Part shown: one piece after another, positions 44,882 to 54,320 of the stretch
Numbering within the stretch: the stretch's first letter is position 1
Layout: the number at the start of each line of letters is the position of its first letter
Translations under genes and position numbers: made by a program
Source: an uncultured Candidatus Micrarchaeota archaeon
GTDB lineage: Archaea > Micrarchaeota > Micrarchaeia > Anstonellales > Bilamarchaeaceae
DNA length: 64,000 nucleotides
NCBI GenBank assembly: GCA_903828955.1
Contig: CAIKOA010000016.1
Location: 10,350 to 74,349 of the forward strand
Reading direction: 5' to 3'
The notes under the pieces: generated by a model
Databases searched by the model: none
Seen by the model: only the letters and a program-made list of their open reading frames with translations
What the model was told of the DNA's origin: nothing

Positions 44882-46789
44882 TTACCTGAGCCTTATCGCT
44901 TCCAGGTTCAATGGCGCCCTGCATTCCCGCTTTAGCATTGCGCCCGCGCCCTTTGCAAGCTCATCGCTCTTTCCCCAATCCCCGTGCACCGTAAACACGC
45001 GTTCAGGAGTAGGGCGCAGGTTCTTCAGGAACGCCATCAACTGGTGCCTGTCGCTGTGCCCGGAGAACCCTTCTACCGTCTCCACCCGCATGCGGATGTT
45101 CATTATCTTGGTTCTCCCGTCCTCCCCGGTCACCGGGATTTCCCGCATTCCCTTCTGGATTTTATGCCCTAGGGAAAGGGGGCTCTGGTAACCCACAAAA
45201 ATGAGCGTATTTTTCTCATCTTCCGCCATCATGTTGAGGTATTCCACCGAAGGCCCCCCGTTCATCATTCCAGAAGGAGCAAGTATCACCGAAGGCTCCC
45301 CATCAACTATTTCCTTCTTGTCCGTCCCCTTTGCAACTTTCAGCATCGGAGACTCGAACGGGCTGTTGTTCGAAAGTATTCTCCTCTCCAGCCCCTCGCG
45401 CAAATACTCCGGATAAGCGGTATGTATCGCTGAAGCTTCCAGCACCATTCCATCTATGTATACAGGAATGTTGAATCCGCTTCCTTCCCTCCTGTAATAG
45501 TCTTCAAGCACCAGCATTATCTCCTGGCTTCTTCCCACCGCGAACACCGGGATGAGCACTTTCCCCCCCTTTGCCGCAGTCTCGTTGATTATTTTCACGA
45601 GCTGGTCTTCCATCTCCTTCCTGTTCTGGGTGATGTCGTTCCTGCCCCCGTAGGTGCTCTCAATGAACATTGTCTCAATTCTCGGGAAATTCGTGTTCGC
45701 AGGCTCAAACAGTTTCGTATACCCGAACTTCATGTCTCCAGAGTGCACAAGGTTGTGCAGCCCTTCCCCAATGTGCAGGTGCACCATCGCGCTCCCGATG
45801 ATGTGCCCAGCATTGTAGAGTGTCATCTTCACTTCCGGAGTAATATCCACAACTTCCCCGTACTCAACCGGAATTACCCTTTTCAGTTCAGTCTGGATGT
45901 CCTTCTTCCCATACGGAGCATCCACCCCAACCGATTTCTTTGCAAGGTCAATGTAGTCCTTCTGCAATAAGCCCATCAAATCCCGTGTTGGGGGGGTGCA
46001 GTATACAGGCCCATCATATCCATACGCATACAGATATGGAAGGAAACCCATGTGGTCCATGTGCCCGTGCGTAATAATCACCGCATCCAGTTCCTCTAGC
46101 GGGAACCCCAACATATTCAAGTAGGGGTACGCCTTTGTTGGCTCCCCTGTTACCGGGTTAATCCCCACATCAATGAGAACCCTGCTGTTCGGAGTCTGCA
46201 CAAGCATGCAGGACCTTCCCACTTCCCGCGAAGCCCCAAGAAGGACCGCCCTCACCCATTCGCTTTGCATAGGCGCCTGGCAGATCTTCTTTCCAACCCC
46301 GATTAAGAACTTCTTCCGGTCCTCTGCATCCGCAATGTTGCTCTTCCTCACCCCTCTGAGAGTTGAAGAAGGAATCGTAGGCGTCCTCAATACAACCGGA
46401 GACCATCCTGTAGAAGTGATAATTTCCTTCAAAGTTGTCCCGCCCTTCCCGATTACAAGCCCGGGCTTCAGCGCTTCAATATGAACTTCCGAAAATGGAG
46501 GGGAAAACGCTATGCTGGCCACAGTTGCTTCCGGAGAAATAATGCTTTCTATCTTCTTCTTCGCCTCTTCCATATCCATTAGCGCGGTAGGGTCGACCCT
46601 CACGCTCACCTTTTTCCGCAGTGAACCTGCAAGCTGCTTGATCAGCTGGTCGTTCTCATAGAATGCCTTGATGTTCCTTACGTAAATCACTACGTTCAGC
46701 CCTTCGGGCTCCACCTTTGTAACCCCGCAAGCGGGGGGCATTATCTCATTCACAGTTTTTTCAATTTCTTTATAGTGCAAAACACTCAC
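44882..46789 (-). CDS. aCPSF1 beta-CASP ribonuclease with N-terminal KH domains (FttA-type termination factor)
   Basis: KH GLVIGKGGTTLKEI. Metallo-beta-lactamase HGHMDHMG. Beta-CASP region. 635 aa. Confidence 0.9.
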   Translation of the reverse strand: MSVLHYKEIEKTVNEIMPPACGVTKVEPEGLNVVIYVRNIKAFYENDQLIKQLAGSLRKKVSVRVDPTALMDMEEAKKKIESIISPEATVASIAFSPPFSEVHIEALKPGLVIGKGGTTLKEIITSTGWSPVVLRTPTIPSSTLRGVRKSNIADAEDRKKFLIGVGKKICQAPMQSEWVRAVLLGASREVGRSCMLVQTPNSRVLIDVGINPVTGEPTKAYPYLNMLGFPLEELDAVIITHGHMDHMGFLPYLYAYGYDGPVYCTPPTRDLMGLLQKDYIDLAKKSVGVDAPYGKKDIQTELKRVIPVEYGEVVDITPEVKMTLYNAGHIIGSAMVHLHIGEGLHNLVHSGDMKFGYTKLFEPANTNFPRIETMFIESTYGGRNDITQNRKEMEDQLVKIINETAAKGGKVLIPVFAVGRSQEIMLVLEDYYRREGSGFNIPVYIDGMVLEASAIHTAYPEYLREGLERRILSNNSPFESPMLKVAKGTDKKEIVDGEPSVILAPSGMMNGGPSVEYLNMMAEDEKNTLIFVGYQSPLSLGHKIQKGMREIPVTGEDGRTKIMNIRMRVETVEGFSGHSDRHQLMAFLKNLRPTPERVFTVHGDWGKSDELAKGAGAMLKRECRAPLNLEAIRLR

Positions 46790-46860
46790 CCTTTCAATGC
46801 TATAACGGTCGTCTAAACGCCAAAATCAAGAAAACAAAAATAAAAATCAAATCAGGTTTT

Positions 46861-47487
46861 TCAGAGGAATTTCTTTACTTCCTTGTCCGGAAGCAGTTCG
46901 ACTCCCCTTGCAGTAATCGTCATTACCGTGACTCCCTCTCCGGTCGCCACGTCCCTCTTCATTGCGGTGCTCACTGCCTTTGCCGCAACCTTTATGTTCT
47001 CAGCGACCTCCCTGTCTTCCTTGTAGGTCTCCTCAAGGAGCCCCATCGCAATCGGGGAGCCGCTTCCTGTAGCGGTGAACTTCTCCTCGGTAACCCCACC
47101 GAGCATATCCACGCTGAATATCCTCGCCCGCTCGTCCATCCCGCCAATAAGGAGCTGCACGAAGAAGGGGTAATACTTGTATTGCGATAGGATGTTCGCA
47201 AGGAGCGTCGCCGCCGCCTCCACGCTCATCTTCCGCCCGTTCTTGAGCTCATAAAGCTTGATTTCCGCCTTCATCCACCTAATCAGGGTCTGGGCATCCC
47301 CAACGCCTCCGGCTATCGTCATCGCAATCCTGTCGTTGAGCTTCTCTACCTTCATCACGTCCTTGCTCGCGATGTAGTATCCCATCGTGGCACGCTTATC
47401 GCATGCAAAGACTACTCCGTCCCTGCACACAAGCCCCACGGTGGTGGTTCCTGTCTTTTTTATCTGGTCGGCCTTTATCTCTTCCAT
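46861..47487 (-). CDS. psmB: Proteasome subunit beta
   Basis: Propeptide MEEIKADQIKKTG, then catalytic TTTVGLVCRDGVVFACDKRAT. ATG at 47487 preferred over track start 47574. Confidence 0.9.
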   Translation of the reverse strand: MEEIKADQIKKTGTTTVGLVCRDGVVFACDKRATMGYYIASKDVMKVEKLNDRIAMTIAGGVGDAQTLIRWMKAEIKLYELKNGRKMSVEAAATLLANILSQYKYYPFFVQLLIGGMDERARIFSVDMLGGVTEEKFTATGSGSPIAMGLLEETYKEDREVAENIKVAAKAVSTAMKRDVATGEGVTVMTITARGVELLPDKEVKKFL

Positions 47488-47627
47488 TATATTCACCAAA
47501 AATAGTTGTATCCCTTTGTCGTGGGAACGGTTTTTAAACCTTGCACCCTCCATTTTGTGGTCGTTTTTGTCCATTTGTTGCTTTTCCGCCCCCTATTTAT
47601 ACATTTCGGTGGATAAATAATAATCCT

Positions 47628-49094
47628 ATGGAAGGTCATTCTGGAGGGCCCCCTAAGGAGGCCAACCGCCACATCTCTGCTATTCCCCCAGCAGCAAACC
47701 TTCCAAAACGCAGGATGCCCGAAAGCCAGATCGAGCTGCCTCCAAAAATGAGGATGACCTTCGGCCACCTCATTTCAACAATGAAGGAGAGGCGCTACCC
47801 TTCCTTATCCCTTGCGTATGCAAGGAAGGCATATACGCTTGCCGATGCGGTCCATGAGGGAGAAATGCGCGACGACGGAAAGGGCCCTTATATAGCCCAT
47901 CCGCTGACCGTTGCCATAAGAGCGGCCCGCCTTAAGCTGGAAGCCGAGGCGGTCTGCGCCAGCCTTCTGCACGACACAATAGAGGACGCAAAGCACGATT
48001 TTCCGGTCAACTCCAAAACACTTGAGCGCCTTTTCGGGGATTCAGACGAGGCCCTCAAATTCGGGAAAAAGGTTGCCGAGATAGTAGTTTTCCTCACCAA
48101 GCCGCTTCTGAATGATTCCAAGAAATGGATTTTTGCCGACGACCCCTCATTCAACGCGCTCGCCGCGGACTACAAGCGCGCCCTTGCCGCTGCAACAAAC
48201 AGGGAAACGGACGAGATAAAAAAGCTCTACGGCACCCACAAGTCAATGTACGACCTGAGGTCCGCGGCTTATTACAACGATCTTCTCAATTCCCGGAACC
48301 TTGACGCAATCGTCATCAAAATTCTCGACAACCTCCACAACGCCGAGACCCTTGCCGGCATAAAGGTGGACAAGCGCGAGAAAAACGTAGACACCATGGT
48401 GAATAACACGCTTCTTCTCGCAGAGCTTTTCTTCACCCCTGCGGACGTGGCCTACCTCAAGAAGCGCATCGAAGCATGGGGCTTTGAGCTTCCGCCCCTG
48501 ATAAAGCGCCCCCAGCCCCAGGACATGATAGTATTGATCAAAAGAAGGGACAGCCTCGACCAGGAAGCGCTCCTTTCCCACCCAAACCCCGAGTCCGCAT
48601 TCATCTCCGTCTACGGAACCGACATAGATGCTTTCGTCAGTGACTATATCGAGATAGGCCTGCCTCCGCACCTCTCAATAAACTACCGGAGTGTCCTTGA
48701 AAAATACCTTCCAGAAGGCCTTTTTTGCGCGCTCAACAAAAGCCTGATGCCAGACACGATCCCGACCCACGAAATCATCTTCAGGATACACGGCTTCAAC
48801 CTTGGCGACCTTTCCTTGCTGGATAAGCCGCTCCGCAGGATCCGCTTCTCAGCGCAGGTCAAGGATTTCGTAGAGGTTTTGGATGAAAAGGGCGAACTCG
48901 TAATAGGCCTTCCAACCGACGCCTTTTCCGCAACAAACGTCTATTTCGGGAAGGGGCTGCACGAACGCTTCATGGAAGCCCGCCAAAGATACCAGGACCT
49001 CATGGCCGGGCTCCGCCGCCTTTATGATGATGAGGTAAGGCCCGCCCTTGAGCGCCAGACGGCCCCTCCCGATTCTCCGCACCCAGGCAAATAA
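47628..49094 (+). CDS. RelA/SpoT-type HD-domain (ppGpp-hydrolase-like) protein with unknown ~270-aa C-terminal region
   Basis: YIAHPLTVAIRAARLKLEAEAVCASLLHDTIEDA and IKILDNLHNAETL match the HD_4 (SpoT/Mesh1) pattern. No synthetase motifs seen. Start is uncertain (47628, or the later MPESQ / MRMTF). TATA CTATTTATAC at 47593-47602. Confidence 0.65.
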   Translation: MEGHSGGPPKEANRHISAIPPAANLPKRRMPESQIELPPKMRMTFGHLISTMKERRYPSLSLAYARKAYTLADAVHEGEMRDDGKGPYIAHPLTVAIRAARLKLEAEAVCASLLHDTIEDAKHDFPVNSKTLERLFGDSDEALKFGKKVAEIVVFLTKPLLNDSKKWIFADDPSFNALAADYKRALAAATNRETDEIKKLYGTHKSMYDLRSAAYYNDLLNSRNLDAIVIKILDNLHNAETLAGIKVDKREKNVDTMVNNTLLLAELFFTPADVAYLKKRIEAWGFELPPLIKRPQPQDMIVLIKRRDSLDQEALLSHPNPESAFISVYGTDIDAFVSDYIEIGLPPHLSINYRSVLEKYLPEGLFCALNKSLMPDTIPTHEIIFRIHGFNLGDLSLLDKPLRRIRFSAQVKDFVEVLDEKGELVIGLPTDAFSATNVYFGKGLHERFMEARQRYQDLMAGLRRLYDDEVRPALERQTAPPDSPHPGK

Positions 49095-49148
49095 AGCGCG
49101 TTCTTCGTCTTAGTTAAGTATTTATATCCTCAGTTCGTATATTTCTCC

Positions 49149-49823
49149 ATGGCAGGTTTGGTTTCCAGCACTACGACCCAACTCAGTTTCATGGGGGTGC
49201 ATCTCGACGTATTCTCCCACGTTTACGCACCTGCCGAAGACTCTTTCCTTCTTGCAAAGCATGCCCACAAAATCCAGGGGAATATACTGGAATTGGGCAC
49301 AGGCTGCGGAATCTCCTCGCTCGTAAATGCCTCCCACAACCCCACAAATTACGTTCTAGGAGTGGACATAAACCCGCACGCAGTAAAGAATGCGGAATAC
49401 AATGCGCGCCACAACAGAATAGAGAATGCAAGGTTTGCGCATTCCAATCTCTTTTCGCACGTCCCAAATCTTCGTTTTGATGGAATTCTTTTCAACCCCC
49501 CTTACCTTCCCCCAAATGAGGAAGTTGAGGAAGAGCCCCATGCGCGCCTTGCCGTTGATGGGGGGAAAGACGGCCGCGAACTCATCGATAAATTCATCTC
49601 AGTTCTCCCGGAGCACCTTCTCCCAGGGGGAAAAGCGCTCATGATTCACAGCTCCATAAACGGTCTTTCGCAAACAATGGATCTGGCGCAGGAAAAAGGC
49701 CTCTCAATCGAAATAGTTGAAGAGCAGCCCTTCTTTTTCGAAAAACTACAATTAATTGAATTTCAAAGAGCCCCTCAGGGGGAGCGCCCCCTAAGTGGCT
49801 TCATCGTGCCACCAAGGCACTAG
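49149..49823 (+). CDS. HemK/PrmC (Mtq2)-type protein N5-glutamine methyltransferase
   Basis: Motif I ILELGTGCGISSL and catalytic FNPPYLP. Confidence 0.75.
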   Translation: MAGLVSSTTTQLSFMGVHLDVFSHVYAPAEDSFLLAKHAHKIQGNILELGTGCGISSLVNASHNPTNYVLGVDINPHAVKNAEYNARHNRIENARFAHSNLFSHVPNLRFDGILFNPPYLPPNEEVEEEPHARLAVDGGKDGRELIDKFISVLPEHLLPGGKALMIHSSINGLSQTMDLAQEKGLSIEIVEEQPFFFEKLQLIEFQRAPQGERPLSGFIVPPRH

Positions 49824-49928
49824 AATACAATTGATGATGCTGCATATTTCTGTTGCCTTATGCGCGCACTAGGTGGCCTTGGCGGCGCGACACCCCCAGC
49901 AACCCCCCATCACGTCGGTAGCTGCAAA

Positions 49929-51173
49929 TTAGAGCAGAATATATACCTGCCCCTTCTTGCTGACCGTCATCCCGGTTTCCCCTGAAAATTCAAAGGTTTT
50001 CGCATAACCCTTCTCAATCTTCATCTTCATTCCAGGAACAATCGGTGCGCCCCTTCCTTCAAATAAGTAAACAATCCCTTCATTGCTTTCCGTATCCGCA
50101 ACCACGATTCTCGTGAACGTATCCTTCTTCTTGGCCGTTCTCTGGTAATCCTTGTGCTCCACGGATTTCACAAACAAAACTCCGGTAGTGATGTTCTTCA
50201 TCCCGGTCTTCAATTCCGTAATATTCGTTAATTTCACTTCGCTATACTTCCTCTTGGCAACCTTGAACGCAAGATTAATCTGGTCCTCCGCGCTCTTCTT
50301 CATCACCTTCACTGCTTCCTGCATCGTCTTGTCGTCGCCATCCGAAGCCATCATCGTATCATATGCAAACCTGAATATTGTAGCGCCCTGAGCCTCCGCA
50401 GGCATTTCTTCCCTCTCTTCGCCTTCTTCTTCGGTTGCCTGCTCATCTTCCGCCGCGCTCTCTTCCACTTCCTTCATTCCCTGCTCGGGCTTCATTTCCC
50501 TGCCCACGACTCCTATCTGCTTCTCAAGGGACGCCTCCCCTTCCTCCGCATGCTCTTCCGCAGGCGCCTGCTCCGCAACTTCTTTTGGCGCCCCTTCCTC
50601 CTTTTGCACGAGGGTTTCCGCCTTGCTTTCCTCTTCCCTCTCCGCAGCCTTTTCAGCGCTGCTCGCAAGCGCATCCAAATACGAGCTGAGCACTTCCTGC
50701 ACCATCCTTTCGCGCTCGTGCACCTTCTCCTTTTTTCCCTCCTTTTCCTGGGCAGCCTGCCCCCCAAGAACGCGCAGGTAAATCTTCTCGATTGTGGGCA
50801 TCATCTTCTTCTTTGCTGCCTCGCCCCTCTCTTTCCCCAGCTTCTTCTCGAAAATCTGGTCGATGGGCTTCAGCATCTTCTCCCTGTGCCCTTCAATTTT
50901 CTTTTCTTCCACATCTTCCTTTAATCCGTGCGAGAAAACATCCGCAAAAGACATCAATTGAGGCTCGCTGCCCGCAGTCTTCTTCTTGATTTCCTCGAGC
51001 ATATTTCTTGCGACTTCCTGCACTCCCGGATCCTTATCATAAGTCAATTGGACAAGTGGGTAAAGCGCCTGGTGCGGGTCGCATTTTGCAAGCTCCACCG
51101 CAGCCTGCTTCCTCACCTTTGGGTCTGAATCATAAGTAAGCGAAACCAGCGTATTAAGGTCCATTGTTTTCAT
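49929..51173 (-). CDS. HEAT-repeat / poly-acidic / C-terminal OB-fold-like protein
   Basis: N-terminal SDPKVRKQAAVELAK...DKDPGVQEVARNMLEEI (HEAT/PBS-lyase-like pair). A long E/K/A-rich low-complexity centre. C-terminal beta-rich segment GVLFVKSVEHKDYQ...TRIVVADTESNEGIVYLFEGRG...MKIEKGYAKTF. Start chosen at 51173 (MKTMDL). Confidence 0.5.
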   Translation of the reverse strand: MKTMDLNTLVSLTYDSDPKVRKQAAVELAKCDPHQALYPLVQLTYDKDPGVQEVARNMLEEIKKKTAGSEPQLMSFADVFSHGLKEDVEEKKIEGHREKMLKPIDQIFEKKLGKERGEAAKKKMMPTIEKIYLRVLGGQAAQEKEGKKEKVHERERMVQEVLSSYLDALASSAEKAAEREEESKAETLVQKEEGAPKEVAEQAPAEEHAEEGEASLEKQIGVVGREMKPEQGMKEVEESAAEDEQATEEEGEEREEMPAEAQGATIFRFAYDTMMASDGDDKTMQEAVKVMKKSAEDQINLAFKVAKRKYSEVKLTNITELKTGMKNITTGVLFVKSVEHKDYQRTAKKKDTFTRIVVADTESNEGIVYLFEGRGAPIVPGMKMKIEKGYAKTFEFSGETGMTVSKKGQVYILL

Positions 51174-51939
51174 CTTTTTTACCTTCCAATTCTTCCAAGG
51201 CAACCCGTATCACATTCATCAGTGCCCTGCCTTCTCTTTCGGTGGGGTTCGCCCTTCCGACTATTCTCCTGAACGCAACTATGGAGCGCTCATTGTTCCG
51301 AAGCGTATATCTTGCGACCAACCTTTTAAACATTTCCATGAGCGCAGCCTTTTCCGCAGGCGGCAGCCTCTTCTCCCGCGCCTTCCCCGTCTTCTTTTCC
51401 ATTAACGCGTAAAGCGCAACCGCGACCGCATGCGATAGGTTCATCACAGGGTATTTCCTGTCCGCCTCGATATGCACCAGAAAGTCGCATTCCCCTATTT
51501 CATCTTCCGTAAGCCCGATTCCCTCCCTTCCGAATACAAGGGCAACCTTCCCCTTCCCATATTCCCCGGATTTCTCCACGAATTTCTGCAAGGGAATTGC
51601 AGCCCTTATGCTCCCCCTGTGCCTCTTAAGTATCCCGGTAAAGCCCACAACCCCTTCACAATCCTCGGTTGCAGAAGGCAAATCCGGGTAAATTTTCGCC
51701 TTTTTCAGAATCCTTACTGCATGCTTGGAATACTTAACCGCATCAAAGCCAAGTTCGCACTTCGGGGACACGATGCGCAATTCCGAAACCCCGAAGTTCT
51801 TCATAACCCTGCAAACCATGCCCACGTTCATTCCGTATTCAGGGCCTGCAAGAACAACTGTCTTTTCCACATTCTTTTTTGGAGCCCCAGCCCTTAATAA
51901 TCTATTAGTGGCCTTCCTCCGCTTCACCCCAGCCCACAT
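51154..51939 (-). CDS. SpoU/TrmH-family RNA 2-prime-O-methyltransferase (TrmJ-like)
   Basis: VVLAGPEYGMNVGMVCRVMKNFGVSELRIVSP, ALVFGREGIGLTEDEI, VMNLSHAVAVALY. Confidence 0.8.
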   Translation of the reverse strand: MWAGVKRRKATNRLLRAGAPKKNVEKTVVLAGPEYGMNVGMVCRVMKNFGVSELRIVSPKCELGFDAVKYSKHAVRILKKAKIYPDLPSATEDCEGVVGFTGILKRHRGSIRAAIPLQKFVEKSGEYGKGKVALVFGREGIGLTEDEIGECDFLVHIEADRKYPVMNLSHAVAVALYALMEKKTGKAREKRLPPAEKAALMEMFKRLVARYTLRNNERSIVAFRRIVGRANPTEREGRALMNVIRVALEELEGKKDENNGP

Positions 51940-52013
51940 TAATCATTTATAAATATTACTTATCTAAATCCACTCTACGAGTTTATTCTTAAAAATACTC
52001 TTTTGTGGTTTGC

Positions 52014-52553
52014 ATGGAACTTGAGGAACTGGAAAGCAAGATAAAAGAGCTCGAGGACAAGAAGTCCAAGCTCATTTCCGAAATCAAGAAGAACTACGGG
52101 CGGATCCGCTACAAGAAGTACGAGGAGAAGGCCCTGGAGCCATTCCTCAAGGAGACCGAAAGGGTCCAGATTGAGCCGGTGCGCAGGAAGCTCCGCAGCC
52201 TCGAATTCAAAATCTCCACCCAGGCCTACACTCCGCAATTGGAGAGGCAGATGATAAAGGAAGTAAAGAAGGTGGAGGAGGAGCTCGGAAAGATGCGCGC
52301 GGTCGAGAAGGCAAGGCGCAAGAAGCGCCTCGTCACCCAGGACATCGTCGACTGCGAGAAGCGCATCACCGAAATAGAGGAAGAACTCAAGGGAATGCGC
52401 GCAGAGCTCCGCGAGCTCTACGGAAAGCTCAAGTCCCTGAAGGTCTCAAGCAACAAGAAAGAGGGCCGCGGCCTCGTCTTTGGAGAGAAGCCCGAAGACA
52501 TGGTTTCGATGGAAGACATCGTTATCATCGAGGACAACAGGAAGAAGGACTAA
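52014..52553 (+). CDS. Archaeal coiled-coil protein
   Basis: Heptad-rich sequence throughout (MELEELESKIKELEDKKSKLISEIKK...). TATA about 25 nt upstream of the ATG at 52014. Confidence 0.5.
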   Translation: MELEELESKIKELEDKKSKLISEIKKNYGRIRYKKYEEKALEPFLKETERVQIEPVRRKLRSLEFKISTQAYTPQLERQMIKEVKKVEEELGKMRAVEKARRKKRLVTQDIVDCEKRITEIEEELKGMRAELRELYGKLKSLKVSSNKKEGRGLVFGEKPEDMVSMEDIVIIEDNRKKD

Positions 52554-52589
52554 TCTTTTTTCCTTTCTAAATTTTATTTTCAATTCCTC

Positions 52590-53330
52590 TTATTCTTTAT
52601 TTTCCCACTTCTTGGGGTATACCAATACCTCTACCGCATTCTGTGCGCATGTCTCCTTGATCAGCCTCAAAACCAGGACCTCTTCCAAGCCGGCCAATTT
52701 CATTTCGAATATGTTCCCGTCCTTTGCGCAGAATTCCTTTTCGCACTTCCCATCCGCCCTTTGAATTTCAAGGAACCGGTTCCTTGGCCCTCCCCCCAAA
52801 AACCTGAGGACATGCCCCTTGGCTATTTCCAGGGTTTCCCCCCTCTGGAGGGTCTCCAATTTTATGAGGTTCCCCTCCTCTTCGGATAAATTCCTTGGAA
52901 CACGGAACCTCGGAGCCGTGTCCGCATCCGGGTCCGTTTCCCGCGGAGGAGCCGTAAGCGCAACCCCGCATTTTGCGCCCCCAATGAAAAGCAGCGCTTC
53001 TTCGCAGGGCAGGATGTCGGCCTCCTGCTCTATATGGTTGGTTTCCTTCTCAAGGACCGTTACTATCGCACTCTTCTCTCCGCGCTTGTCTTTTCTATCC
53101 CCCGAGCCCAAAACTCTCACAAACCTTCCATCTATCTGCAGGCATTCCCTTCCAAAAATAATGCTTGGATATTTTTGCCCCTCCTTCATCTCTATATACA
53201 CAGAAGTTGCTCCCTTCCAGGAGCGCGGGAGCCCTATGCGGATGAGCCCCTCTTCCAAAGGCGCATTCCCGGGCTTTCTTTCACGGACTACTGCCCTAAG
53301 CTCGCTTTTTTCAGTATTTGCAGTGCCCAT
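52590..53330 (-). CDS. Hypothetical protein
   Basis: 246-aa ORF. No family recognised. Confidence 0.45.
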   Translation of the reverse strand: MGTANTEKSELRAVVRERKPGNAPLEEGLIRIGLPRSWKGATSVYIEMKEGQKYPSIIFGRECLQIDGRFVRVLGSGDRKDKRGEKSAIVTVLEKETNHIEQEADILPCEEALLFIGGAKCGVALTAPPRETDPDADTAPRFRVPRNLSEEEGNLIKLETLQRGETLEIAKGHVLRFLGGGPRNRFLEIQRADGKCEKEFCAKDGNIFEMKLAGLEEVLVLRLIKETCAQNAVEVLVYPKKWENKE

Positions 53331-53357
53331 ACCAAATATTTATGCCGGGAAATGTTT

Positions 53358-53747
53358 TTAAAGGAGTTTTTTTGTGTTTTCTAATATTTCGCGGTGGTCA
53401 AAGGCCATTTCCGGCAGTTTATCCAGCGGAAACCACTTCGCTTCCGCGGCATCATCCCCTCCCTTAATTTCCCCGGAAACCCGTTTACAAATGAACACAG
53501 CCCCAACAGTCTTCCTCGGGTCCCTGGAAGGATTCGAATACACTCCCAAAAGTTTCACAATCTTTACTTCTAAGTTGGTCTCCTCCTTCGCCTCCCGCAC
53601 GCAGCACTCCTCCAGCGTCTCGTTTTCTTCCAAAAATCCGCCAGGAATCGCCCATTTCCCCAAAAATGGCTCCCTTCCCCTTCTGATTAGCAATACCTTG
53701 TTCCCCTCAACCAAAAGCGCATCCGCAGCAACAGGCCTCATGCACAC
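53358..53747 (-). CDS. NUDIX hydrolase
   Basis: Nudix box GKWAIPGGFLEENETLEECCVREAKEETNLEV. Confidence 0.85.
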   Translation of the reverse strand: MCMRPVAADALLVEGNKVLLIRRGREPFLGKWAIPGGFLEENETLEECCVREAKEETNLEVKIVKLLGVYSNPSRDPRKTVGAVFICKRVSGEIKGGDDAAEAKWFPLDKLPEMAFDHREILENTKKLL

Positions 53748-53762
53748 AATTAGAATGAAAAG

Positions 53763-54254
53763 CTAAATATTCCTGCCCATTTGAACAAGCGCCTGCTCAA
53801 ACTCAACAAATTTCCCCAGAATTCCGACAACTTCATCAAAAGCCTGCCGGATTTCACCCTCTTCCGCATCCCCTTCCCTTATCCTGATCTCCAAGTCCAT
53901 ATACCCATCCAGCTTTTTCGAAATCCTGCCAATCTCCTTATAGATGGAATTGAACGCATCCACTTCTTTGCTGCATTCCTGGCCGGCTGCAATCTTCGCT
54001 CCTAGCGTGCGCGCAGCCGCCTTCTCCTCGTCCTCCAGAGATATCAATTTCATGCGCGCCTCATTCAGTTTGCAGCGTACGCCTTCGCAGGTTTTCGCAT
54101 TCTCGCCCCGAAAGTAAAACGCGCATTCCGGATGCTTGGGGGCCATGCACCCTTCAGTGAGCACGCATGCGGAAAGTGCGGCCGCAATAGCTATCCGAGG
54201 AAGCCAAGGAGCCCTCCCTATAGGTTTTTCCCCAGCAATCGCTCTCTTACTCAT
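53763..54254 (-). CDS. Hypothetical membrane-anchored/secreted protein
   Basis: N-terminal hydrophobic RIAIAAALSACVLTEGC, followed by a helical charged domain. Confidence 0.4.
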   Translation of the reverse strand: MSKRAIAGEKPIGRAPWLPRIAIAAALSACVLTEGCMAPKHPECAFYFRGENAKTCEGVRCKLNEARMKLISLEDEEKAAARTLGAKIAAGQECSKEVDAFNSIYKEIGRISKKLDGYMDLEIRIREGDAEEGEIRQAFDEVVGILGKFVEFEQALVQMGRNI

Positions 54255-54320
54255 AATAATCTAGATTTTTTCGTTATTCCGAACTTTTTAAAACACCCAT
54301 CTCTCCAAATATCCCTCACT

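Noticed and set aside
49824-49928. GC-rich 105-nt spacer containing TGATGA, a GTGCC-ACCAA-GGCAC hairpin just upstream, and an ACCCCC direct repeat. Considered as a C/D-box sRNA or a tRNA or tRNA-half.
   Set aside because: There is no D box (CTGA) at a suitable distance, no C-prime/D-prime arrangement, and no cloverleaf or T-arm (GTTCRANYC) could be drawn on either strand. It remains unexplained but unsupported.
54132-54320. N-terminal 63-codon extension of the SRP54 ORF
   Set aside because: SRP54 homology starts at MDLGQSLRQL (54321). The extension overlaps the convergently placed gene 53763..54254 and is not SRP54-like.
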